Source of the DNA: Gammaproteobacteria bacterium
GTDB taxonomy: Bacteria; Pseudomonadota; Gammaproteobacteria; Steroidobacterales; Rariloculaceae
Direction of reading: 5' to 3'
Length of the DNA: 42,580 nt
Assembly: GCA_041623375.1 (NCBI GenBank)
Contig: JBFJXA010000002.1
Coordinates: 1 to 42,580 of the forward strand
In this document: positions 34,783 to 42,580 of the stretch, one piece after another
Numbering within the stretch: the stretch's first letter is position 1
Layout: each line of letters starts with the position of its first letter
The notes under the pieces: model-generated
What the model was told of the DNA's origin: nothing
Database searches by the model: none
What the model saw: only the letters and a program-made list of their open reading frames with translations
Made by a program: the position numbers and the translations under genes

Positions 34783-37048
34783 CACACAGCGGTTCCGGTG
34801 GCTTGCGGCCTCGGTCGTAATCTCGTGCTGGGCCGTACCCGCCGCTGCGTTACATTTCGAATACTCGAACGATCGGCCCGATGAGCTCAAAGCATGCGAT
34901 ACGCTCGAGTATCGCGGTCAGCGTTTCGACGCGGACGACTGTTACGCCGCGCTGCGCGTGAGCGGCTCGGATCCGCGCATCCGCGCGGAGGCCGCCTGGA
35001 GTCTCGGCGATCTGCGTGCGGCGAATACGCAATTCCAGCAGGCCATCGAGCTCTATCCCGAGGATCCGCGGCTGCGGGCGCGTTGGGGTGAGCTGTTCGT
35101 CACGACGCACCAGGACAACGAGGCCGTCAAGCTCTTTCAGGAGGCGCTCGAGATCGATCCGGATTACGCCCCGGCCAAGCTCGGTCTGGCGAGCGTGTCT
35201 GCGGGACGATTCGAGGATCAGGCGCGCGCATGGGTCGACGAGGCGCTGGAGAACGATCCAACGCAGCTTCGCGCGCATCTGCTGCTCGCGCGCATGAGTC
35301 TGGAGACGGGCGATTTGGACGACGCAGAGGCATCGCTCGATCGCGCCCTGCGTCTGGCGGAGTCCGAGGACCTGCCGCCGCTCGAGATATACGCGCTCAA
35401 AGCGTCGGCAGACCTGCTGCGCGGCGTGACCGACAGCGTCTGGACGACGCGTGCACTCGACATGAATCCCTCGTATGGCGACATCTACGCGATTCCGGCG
35501 CATTTTTACGTGATCACGCGCCGCTACCGCGAGGCCATCGAGCTGCTGCTCGAGGCGGTACGCATTCAGCCGGATCTCTGGGCCGCGCATGCAGAGCTCG
35601 GTGTCAATCTGCTGCGCGTCAATCGCATCGCCGAAGCCATGGCACATCTCGAGACGGCCTATCGCGGCGACCCGTTCAGCGCAAAAATCGTCAACACGTT
35701 GCGGCTCATCGACAGCCTCGACAACTTCCGCGACATCGTGCGGATGCCCGGCATGGATGAGGCGATCGCAGGTGCCGGCATGATCCTGCGCCTGCATCGC
35801 GACGAGTCCGACGTGCTCGAGCCCTACGTCACCGATCTCGTCAACGACAGTATCCGGACGTTCTCGCAACGTTACGGCTTCGAGCTTGCCGAGCCCGTCG
35901 TCGTCGAGCTCTATCCCGAGCACGACGATTTTGCCGTGCGCACCTCGGGACTGCCGGGCATCGGGCTCCTGGGCGTGACGTTCGGCTACCTCGTCGCGAT
36001 GGACAGCCCGTCCGGGCGAACCGACAACGATTTTCACTGGGGCACGACGCTGTGGCACGAGATGGCACACGTATTCACGCTCGAGGCGACCAATCATCTC
36101 GTGCCGCGCTGGTTCAGCGAAGGTGTGTCCGTCTACGAGGAGTGGACCACGGGACCGCTGCCGGGTCGGCACATTCCGATGCACGTTCTGCGGGCCGCGG
36201 CGGAGGACAAGTTTCTAGGCATAGCCGATCTCGACAGCGGCTTCATTCGTCCGAGCTACGACGGTCAGGTCATGGTCTCGTATATGCAGGCCGGCTTGAC
36301 CTGCCAATTTATCGAGCGGCGCTGGGGACAGTCGGCCTTCGTCGCGATGCTCGAGCAATACACGCAGGGCGCCGATACGCCCGAAGCCATCGAGCAGGCG
36401 CTCGGCTTGAGCGCCGACGAGTTCGATCGCGGTTTCGAGGCATTCATCGAGGCTGAGCTCGGCACGGTGCTCGACGGCCTCGACGACTGGCGCACGCAGG
36501 TCGAGCGTGGGTTCCAGGCCGCCGACAATGGCGACTGGGCCGCGGCGCTCGAAGCCGCCAGCGCCGCGGTGACCAGCGTTCCGGAGTACGTCGCCGACGG
36601 CAATGCGTATTTGCTGAAGGCCAAAGCGCACGACGAGCTCGAGGAACCCGATCAGGCGATGGCCACGCTCGAGAGCTACTGGTCGCTCGGCGGCCACGAT
36701 GCCGGCGCGCTCAAGACACTCGCGCGGCGTCTCGACGAGCGCGGCCGCAGGGCCGACGCGATCGACGTTCTCGACGATCTGCTCGGGGTCGTGCCGCTCG
36801 ACAGTGACCTGCACATCGAGCTCGGTGATTGGCTCATGACTGAGGAGCGCGCAACCGAGGCGTTGCGCGAGTATCAGGCCGTCCTGGCGCTCAATCCCCA
36901 CGATCAGGCCGGCGCGCACTACCGTCTCGCCACGGCCTATCGGCAGCTCGAAGACGCCGCCAAGATGCGCGAGCATTTGTTGTATGCTCTGGAAATCGCC
37001 CCGCATTACCGGGAAGCACAGCAACTGTTACTGGAGATCGCCCGTTGA
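34775..37048 (+). CDS. TPR-flanked MA-clan zinc metallopeptidase (Peptidase_MA_2-like, HEMAH...E)
   Basis: It has a signal peptide and N- and C-terminal TPR-like repeats (AIELYPEDP, ALEIDPDYA, ALNPHD, ALEIAPHY). The central motif is TTLWHEMAHVFTLEATNHLVPRWFSEGVSVYEE. GTG at 34769 is an alternative start. Confidence 0.7.
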   Translation: MNSTQRFRWLAASVVISCWAVPAAALHFEYSNDRPDELKACDTLEYRGQRFDADDCYAALRVSGSDPRIRAEAAWSLGDLRAANTQFQQAIELYPEDPRLRARWGELFVTTHQDNEAVKLFQEALEIDPDYAPAKLGLASVSAGRFEDQARAWVDEALENDPTQLRAHLLLARMSLETGDLDDAEASLDRALRLAESEDLPPLEIYALKASADLLRGVTDSVWTTRALDMNPSYGDIYAIPAHFYVITRRYREAIELLLEAVRIQPDLWAAHAELGVNLLRVNRIAEAMAHLETAYRGDPFSAKIVNTLRLIDSLDNFRDIVRMPGMDEAIAGAGMILRLHRDESDVLEPYVTDLVNDSIRTFSQRYGFELAEPVVVELYPEHDDFAVRTSGLPGIGLLGVTFGYLVAMDSPSGRTDNDFHWGTTLWHEMAHVFTLEATNHLVPRWFSEGVSVYEEWTTGPLPGRHIPMHVLRAAAEDKFLGIADLDSGFIRPSYDGQVMVSYMQAGLTCQFIERRWGQSAFVAMLEQYTQGADTPEAIEQALGLSADEFDRGFEAFIEAELGTVLDGLDDWRTQVERGFQAADNGDWAAALEAASAAVTSVPEYVADGNAYLLKAKAHDELEEPDQAMATLESYWSLGGHDAGALKTLARRLDERGRRADAIDVLDDLLGVVPLDSDLHIELGDWLMTEERATEALREYQAVLALNPHDQAGAHYRLATAYRQLEDAAKMREHLLYALEIAPHYREAQQLLLEIAR

Positions 37049-38088
37049 GTTCCGAAAACGCAAGCCCCCTAGATAGCAAAGAAGCCAGAGAGCTCGTCGA
37101 GCAATTCCAGCCGTCGATGGATGCGATCCGCGAGCAGGTGCGCAAGGTCATCGTCGGGCAGGACGAGGTTGTCGATCACCTGTTGCTGACCTTGCTCGTC
37201 GGTGGACATTGTTTGATTACGGGCATGCCCGGTACGGCGAAGACGCTGCTCGTGCGTACGCTCGCCGTCGCGCTCGGCCTGACGTTCAAACGCATTCAGT
37301 TCACGCCCGATCTCATGCCGACCGACGTAACGGGCACGGACATCATCGAAGAGGACATCACGACGGGGCACCGGACCTGGACGTTCGTGCCCGGCCCCTT
37401 GTTCGCCAACGTGCTGCTCGCGGACGAAATCAACCGCACACCGCCGAAGACCCAAGCCGCGCTGCTCGAGGCCATGCAGGAGCTCTCCGTGACGGTTCGC
37501 GGCAATCACCATACGATCGAGCCGCCGTTTTTCGTTCTGGCTACGCAGAACCCCATCGAGCTCGAGGGCACCTACCCGCTGCCCGAGGCACAGCTCGACC
37601 GCTTCCTGTTCAACGTCATTCTCGATTATCTATCCGGCGACGACGAGCTCGAGGTCGTGCAGCGATTCACGACGCAGGTCGGCATGCCCGAGGTCGAGGC
37701 GTGCACGACGGCCGAGCAGATTCTGCGTTACCAATGGCTCATACGTCAGGTACCGGTCTCCGAGTCGGTCAGCCGTCTTGCCGTGAATCTCGTGCGTGCG
37801 AGCCGGCCCGATGATCCACTCGCACCCGAGGTCGTCAAGCGCTACGTGCAGTACGGCGCCAGCGTACGTGCGACGATGTTCCTGACGCTGGCCGCGAAGG
37901 CGCGCGCGCTCATGATGGGGCGTTACCACGTCACGAGCGAGGACATCACGGCTCTGGCATTGCCCGTCATGCGCCATCGCGTGCTCGCCAATTACTACGC
38001 CGAGTCTGACAGCGTAACCGTCGACGACGTGCTGACCCAGCTCGTTCAATCCATGGCGGGGGCCGAGCGGCAAGCGCAAGCCGGATGA
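37045..38088 (+). CDS. MoxR-family AAA+ ATPase
   Basis: Walker A is LITGMPGTAKT and Walker B is VLLADEINR. The sequence LEAMQE...V and FFVLATQNPIELEGTYPLPEAQLDRF are the MoxR signature. TTG start overlaps the upstream stop; ATG at 37117 is an alternative start. Confidence 0.92.
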   Translation: MSSENASPLDSKEARELVEQFQPSMDAIREQVRKVIVGQDEVVDHLLLTLLVGGHCLITGMPGTAKTLLVRTLAVALGLTFKRIQFTPDLMPTDVTGTDIIEEDITTGHRTWTFVPGPLFANVLLADEINRTPPKTQAALLEAMQELSVTVRGNHHTIEPPFFVLATQNPIELEGTYPLPEAQLDRFLFNVILDYLSGDDELEVVQRFTTQVGMPEVEACTTAEQILRYQWLIRQVPVSESVSRLAVNLVRASRPDDPLAPEVVKRYVQYGASVRATMFLTLAAKARALMMGRYHVTSEDITALALPVMRHRVLANYYAESDSVTVDDVLTQLVQSMAGAERQAQAG

Positions 38089-38996
38089 GCGAGCGCGCAT
38101 CGGCAGCCGCCCCGAATCTCCTGTCGCCGGAGGTACTCGCGAGCCTGTCGAATCTTGACCTCGTCGCGCGTGCCGCCGTGCACGGTTTCCTGAATGGCCT
38201 GCACCGGTCGCCGCAGTTCGGGTTCAGCCAGGAGTTCGCCGAGTATCGCGCGTACTCGGAGGGTGACGATCCGCGTTTCGTGGATTGGAACGTCTACGCG
38301 CGCACTGAGCGAACCTATATAAAACGGTATCTCGGCGAGACCAACACGCATCTGGTCATTCTGCTCGACTCGAGCGCCTCCATGGCGTACGCATCGAAGA
38401 AGAACGTGACAAAGCTCCAGTACGCGAAGTTTCTCGCCGCGACGCTGGCCTATCTCGCGGCACGCCAGCACGATGCCGTCGGTCTGATCATATTCGACGA
38501 AGAGGTCCGCGATCATCGTCCACCGTCGTCACGTATCGGCAGGCTGCATGCGGTGTTGCATGCGATCGACCGCGCTGAGCCCGGAACAGGCACCGATCTG
38601 AGCGTGCCTTTCGAGCGGTTCCAGCAGTACCAGAAAGGCCGCGGCCTCGTCTGCGTGATCTCGGACTTCTATTGCGAGCCCGAGGCGATGCTCAAGGGCG
38701 TGCAGCCCCTGGCCTACCAGGGTCAGGATGTCGTCCTCTTTCAGGTGCTGGACCCGGAGGAGCTCGAGCCCGACCTCAAGGAATCGGCGTTGCTCGAGGA
38801 CATGGAAACCGGAGAAGCCATGGAGGTATCGCCGATTTTCATGCGCTCACGCTATCGCGAGCGGATTCAGGAGCATCTCGAGGCGTTGGCGAAAACCGCG
38901 GCCCGCGCGAACGCGGATTATCAGCTCCTGCGCACCGACGAGCCGCTCGACAGCGCGCTCAGAAACTATCTGACCTTCCGCCAGCGCCGAGGCTGA
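38085..38996 (+). CDS. DUF58 (VWA-like) protein, MoxR partner
   Basis: GLHRSPQFGFSQEFAEYRAYSEGDDPRFVDWNVYARTERTYIKRY is the DUF58 hallmark. The MIDAS-like motif is ILLDSSASM. The start makes an ATGA overlap with moxR. Confidence 0.88.
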   Translation: MSERASAAAPNLLSPEVLASLSNLDLVARAAVHGFLNGLHRSPQFGFSQEFAEYRAYSEGDDPRFVDWNVYARTERTYIKRYLGETNTHLVILLDSSASMAYASKKNVTKLQYAKFLAATLAYLAARQHDAVGLIIFDEEVRDHRPPSSRIGRLHAVLHAIDRAEPGTGTDLSVPFERFQQYQKGRGLVCVISDFYCEPEAMLKGVQPLAYQGQDVVLFQVLDPEELEPDLKESALLEDMETGEAMEVSPIFMRSRYRERIQEHLEALAKTAARANADYQLLRTDEPLDSALRNYLTFRQRRG

Positions 38997-39020
38997 TTCC
39001 ACGATGAGGAATGGACTCCG

Positions 39021-41021
39021 ATGACGCTGCTGGCTCCGCTGTTCCTGCTAGGCGTTATCGCCGTCGGACTGCCGATCTGGTTGCACCGCCTGTCGTCGGA
39101 GAATCCGAACCGCGAGCAGTTCAGCTCCGCAATGTTCCTCGAGCCCGGGGAGCCGCGCCGCGTGCTGGCGAAGAAAGTGCAGTATCTGTTGCTGCTCGCA
39201 CTGCGTGTCGGTCTGCTCGTGCTGCTCGCGCTGGCGTTTGCGCGACCGGCGTTGCAGGGCGCCGCTCAGGCACTCATAGAAGACACCGCGCAACTACACG
39301 TGATCGTCATGGACGTCTCTGCGTCGATGCAGCACGGCGATCGCTGGGAGCGCGCGCGAGAGGCCGCGCTCGACGTCGTCGATGCGGCACCGTCGGGCGA
39401 TTTGCTGCAAGTGATTGCAGTCGGTCGTGGCGCGCAGGCGCTCGGCGATCCAACGCTCGATGCCGCAAGCGTACGTCAGAGCATCAACGCGCTCGAGCCC
39501 GAGTACTCACGCACCGACTACGGCGAGCTCATGAGCTCCGTCGATCGCATGCTGCGCGGTATCGAGCTTGCAACGATCGTGCATGTCGTTACGGATCTGC
39601 AGCAGTCGTCGATGCCGACGCGCTTCGCCGAGCTCGCCGCACAGACACCGTTGGAGCTTCAGATTCACGACGTTTCGGAGGCCGGTGAAGCGAACTGGGC
39701 TGTGCAGAGCATCGTCTGGCAAGCCGGGGGGGATCAGGTCAGCGCGAGTTTGCGCGGCTTTGGCACGCAACCGGTGTCGCATGATGCCGTGCTCGAGCTC
39801 AACGGCGCCCGCGTGGCCGAGCTGCCCGTGATCGTTCCGCCCGACGGGACAATTACCGTTACCTTCCCAGCGCCGGAGCTGCGCGCGGGTGCGAATCGTC
39901 TGGAGGTCTTTCTCGATCCCGGCGACGACCTCGCCGCCGACGACCGGCGTTTCATGGTCGTCAAACGGCCCGAGCCGCGCTCGGTGTTGCTCGTGAGCGC
40001 CGACCCGCGCGGGCGGGACTCGTTATTTCTTACGGCGGCGCTCGAGGCTGTGAGCGGGCCGCTGACGACTGTGGAGCCCGTCGCGCCCGCCGCGATTTCC
40101 GAGCGCAACCTGCGCGAGTACGCGTTCGTCGTCGCCGCCGACGCAGGCGTGTTGGGCGCGGCTGAAACCGAGGATCTGCGCGAGTACGTCGCCGGTGGCG
40201 GTGCGCTCTTCCTCGCGCTGGGCCAGCGCTCCGGGGGCTTGAGCATCGTGCCCGTCACGGGCCACGAATACAGCGCCACGACGCAGATCGGCGCGCGCTC
40301 CGATGGTTTCACGATCGTCGGGGCGATGGACTCCGGGCATCCGGCCATGGCCGGCACCGAGGAGCTGCGCATGGCGAAGTTCTTTCGGTTCACGGCGCTG
40401 ACTCCGCAGGACGGCGATCAGGTAATGGCCGAGCTCGAGCAGGGTGCGCCGCTACTGATCGACCACGCGCTCGGCGAGGGCCGCGTCGTGCTGTTCGCAT
40501 CCTCACTCGATCGCGCGTGGAACGATCTGCCCGTGCTGCCCGTTTTCGTGCCGCTCGTCGCCGGCGTAACGGCCTATCTGTCGGGCGAGCTGACCGTCCA
40601 AACCGAAGCGCAGCTCGGCACGACGCTGTCACCGCGCGCCGTGGGGCTGGCCGGCGGGCAGATATTTGCGCCCGACGGTGGTGCGGCGCTCGGCATTGCC
40701 GCGGCCGGCTCCGGCAACGAGGTCGTGCTCGATCAGATCGGCTTTTACGAGGTCGTTGGTGGTGGGCTGACGGAACTCGTGGCCGTCAATCTGGATCCAA
40801 ACGAGTCTGATCTGACGCCCGTGGAGCCCAACGCCGTGGAGCGCTGGCTCAGTCTGAACGCCGGGTCGGTCCAGGGCGGCGGCGCCGCGGATCTCGAGCT
40901 CGCGCCCTCCGAGCCGACCCCCCTGTGGCCCTGGGTTTTGAGTTTGCTAATTGTGGTCGTATTCATGGAATCCTGGGTCGGAAACTGGCATCTTAGGGTG
41001 CGGAGAGGTATAGCAGCATGA
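39021..41021 (+). CDS. BatA-type protein: N-terminal double-TM domain + VWA + GATase1-like domain + C-terminal TM (666 aa)
   Basis: MTLLAPLFLLGVIAVGLPIWLHRL is the Bat/TIGR02226-type N-terminus. The MIDAS motif is IVMDVSASMQ. The C-terminal TM segment is LWPWVLSLLIVVVFMESW. Confidence 0.8.
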   Translation: MTLLAPLFLLGVIAVGLPIWLHRLSSENPNREQFSSAMFLEPGEPRRVLAKKVQYLLLLALRVGLLVLLALAFARPALQGAAQALIEDTAQLHVIVMDVSASMQHGDRWERAREAALDVVDAAPSGDLLQVIAVGRGAQALGDPTLDAASVRQSINALEPEYSRTDYGELMSSVDRMLRGIELATIVHVVTDLQQSSMPTRFAELAAQTPLELQIHDVSEAGEANWAVQSIVWQAGGDQVSASLRGFGTQPVSHDAVLELNGARVAELPVIVPPDGTITVTFPAPELRAGANRLEVFLDPGDDLAADDRRFMVVKRPEPRSVLLVSADPRGRDSLFLTAALEAVSGPLTTVEPVAPAAISERNLREYAFVVAADAGVLGAAETEDLREYVAGGGALFLALGQRSGGLSIVPVTGHEYSATTQIGARSDGFTIVGAMDSGHPAMAGTEELRMAKFFRFTALTPQDGDQVMAELEQGAPLLIDHALGEGRVVLFASSLDRAWNDLPVLPVFVPLVAGVTAYLSGELTVQTEAQLGTTLSPRAVGLAGGQIFAPDGGAALGIAAAGSGNEVVLDQIGFYEVVGGGLTELVAVNLDPNESDLTPVEPNAVERWLSLNAGSVQGGGAADLELAPSEPTPLWPWVLSLLIVVVFMESWVGNWHLRVRRGIAA

Positions 41022-42580
41022 GCGCACGGACCCAACTCGAAGCGTATCTCGGCGAATTCCGACAGCGACTGAAGTCTTTGATCGTCGCTCGCGGTGCAGC
41101 CGTGCTCGCCGTCACCGCATTGATTCTGACGCTGGCGGCCGTATTTATCGGCACGCGTCAGGCGTTTGCCGATTCGGTCATGATCAGCGCGCGCGTCGTG
41201 CTGCTGCTCGCGCTTGCCGGCGCGGCCGTCGGCTTGCTCGTATTCCCGTTGCGTAAGCTCAAGCGTACCGAGGGTGTCGCAGATATCGAACGGCGCGCAC
41301 CGGATTTCGACGGGCGTATCGAGACCTATCGAGAGCTGACGCAACGCGGAAACGAGGCGTCGGGGCCGTCCGTGTTTCTCGGACTGCTCGCCGAAGACGC
41401 GCTGCGTCTCGCTCGCCGCATTCCCGTCGCGTTAAAAGTGCGCAATTGGGAGATTTCGACGCCGGCTGTTGCCGCGGGGCTCGCGATTCTCGTGCTCGCA
41501 TGGTTCGCAGCATTCGGCCCCGACAATTGGCGCTACGGCGTACGGCATCTGTGGGCCGGTTGGGCGCTGTCCGATACGTTGCCGCCGCAGCGCGTCGCGG
41601 TTTCGCCCGGTGACGGCGCGGTTCGTCGTGGCGGCGATCTGTTCATCGAGGCGCAGGCCGAGGGTTTCGACCCCGTCGAGGCGACTGTGTATGCGCAGTT
41701 CGAGGGCGGCGAATGGGAAAGTGCCGTCATGGACGAAGTTGGCGGTGACTTCGAGTTCCAGTTCTTCGGGATCCGTCAGCCCTTGCGCTATTACGTCGAG
41801 GCGGCCGGTGTGCGCAGTGCCGAGTATGCGATTGAGGTCGTCGATCTGCCGCGCGTCAGCAACGTGCGCCTGACTTACCACTATCCGCAGTGGACGCGTC
41901 AGGACACGCGTACTGAAGATCCGGGCGGTGACATCGAAGCGGTCGCCGGTACACAGGTCGAGGTCGAAATCACGACCGATCAGCCGCTCGGCGATGCCGC
42001 GCTCGTCGTCAACGGCGAATCCGTGACGATGACGACCGATGGCGCTACGGCGAAAGCCGTGCTCACCGTCGAGGAGGAAGGTGAGTACCACATCGCAACG
42101 TCGTTCAACGCCGCGCCCGTCCAACTCACGGACAACTACTTCATCGACGTGCAGGCCGATAGCCGGCCCGTCGTCAAGGTCGTCAAGCCGGGCCGCGACT
42201 GGCGTGCGAGCAATATCGAGGAAGTGCTCGTGCGAGTCGAGGCGACCGACGACTTCAACCTCGATCGCCTCGAGCTCAATTACGCTATCAACGGCGGCGA
42301 GTGGCAGGTTACCCCGCTCGACGCCGACGGGGACTACGCGCTGACCGAGGAGGTGCTGTTCCTCGAGGAGATGCGCGCAGCGCGAACGCCGTTCACCGCG
42401 GGCGCGGCCCCGAATCTATTTGACATAATCGATTCCAACGAGCTCGATCTCGAAGCGCCGCAGCAAGAGGACGAGAACCAGGAGCCGGCGCCTGCGACAC
42501 TCGCGCCGGGCGATGTCGTTTCCTATTACGTCGAGGCGTTCGATCGCGACGCCTCCTCGCGGACAGATCTTTATTTCATC
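41018..42580 (+). CDS. Large membrane protein with beta-rich repeated ectodomain (at least 521 codons; 3' end outside window)
   Basis: The frame was translated by hand from the ATG at 41018, which makes an ATGA overlap with the upstream gene, and is open to the window end. Three hydrophobic segments are followed by repeated modules ending in ...LRYYVEAAG and ...VSYYVEAFD. It is not in the ORF track because it has no stop in the window. Confidence 0.65.
   Translation, partial: MSARTQLEAYLGEFRQRLKSLIVARGAAVLAVTALILTLAAVFIGTRQAFADSVMISARVVLLLALAGAAVGLLVFPLRKLKRTEGVADIERRAPDFDGRIETYRELTQRGNEASGPSVFLGLLAEDALRLARRIPVALKVRNWEISTPAVAAGLAILVLAWFAAFGPDNWRYGVRHLWAGWALSDTLPPQRVAVSPGDGAVRRGGDLFIEAQAEGFDPVEATVYAQFEGGEWESAVMDEVGGDFEFQFFGIRQPLRYYVEAAGVRSAEYAIEVVDLPRVSNVRLTYHYPQWTRQDTRTEDPGGDIEAVAGTQVEVEITTDQPLGDAALVVNGESVTMTTDGATAKAVLTVEEEGEYHIATSFNAAPVQLTDNYFIDVQADSRPVVKVVKPGRDWRASNIEEVLVRVEATDDFNLDRLELNYAINGGEWQVTPLDADGDYALTEEVLFLEEMRAARTPFTAGAAPNLFDIIDSNELDLEAPQQEDENQEPAPATLAPGDVVSYYVEAFDRDASSRTDLYFI

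Noticed and set aside
34850-36184. 444-aa ORF on the minus strand
   Set aside because: It is antisense to the TPR/HEMAH peptidase gene. It has an Arg-rich, low-complexity composition and no family signature.
40745-42124. 199-aa and 230-aa minus-strand ORFs
   Set aside because: They are antisense to the last two operon genes, whose frames are long, coupled and motif-supported.

Overview
High-GC, gammaproteobacterium-like chromosomal window, with Pseudomonas/Xanthomonas/E. coli-type synteny. Bases 1-30.6 kb are almost entirely housekeeping blocks. These are: yihY-like/purC; djlA; crp; coq7; rplM-rpsI; tRNA-Gln; rpiA; the EVE / 5-formyl-THF cyclo-ligase / 6S RNA / zapA / zapB-like block, divergent from ygfB-pepP-ubiH-ubiI; gcvH; lgt-thyA; apaH-rsmA-pdxA-surA-lptD; and murU. 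I saw no integrase, transposase, CRISPR array or rRNA.

The most interesting region is 30.6-42.6 kb. It holds a tightly translationally coupled operon of at least seven genes plus a divergent DUF4159-like gene. The core is MoxR AAA+ / DUF58 / two large membrane-anchored VWA proteins, i.e. a Bat-like module of unknown function. Into this core are inserted a secreted caspase/legumain-fold protein, whose expected nucleophile Cys appears to be Ser, and a TPR-flanked HEMAH zinc peptidase. The operon ends in a large membrane protein that runs off the window.

Other points worth a second look:
- thyA carries an in-frame TAA at a conserved Tyr codon.
- A MITE/REP-like palindrome pair lies downstream of thyA, where folA might be expected.
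- A 932-aa Nma111-like double HtrA protease.
- A 115-aa Lys/Ala-repeat histone-H1-like protein.
- A nested inverted-repeat element between rpsI and tRNA-Gln.
- A perfect CRP box upstream of crp.
- An orphan gcvH with a long structured leader.

All family calls come from reading motifs in the supplied translations. No database search was possible.
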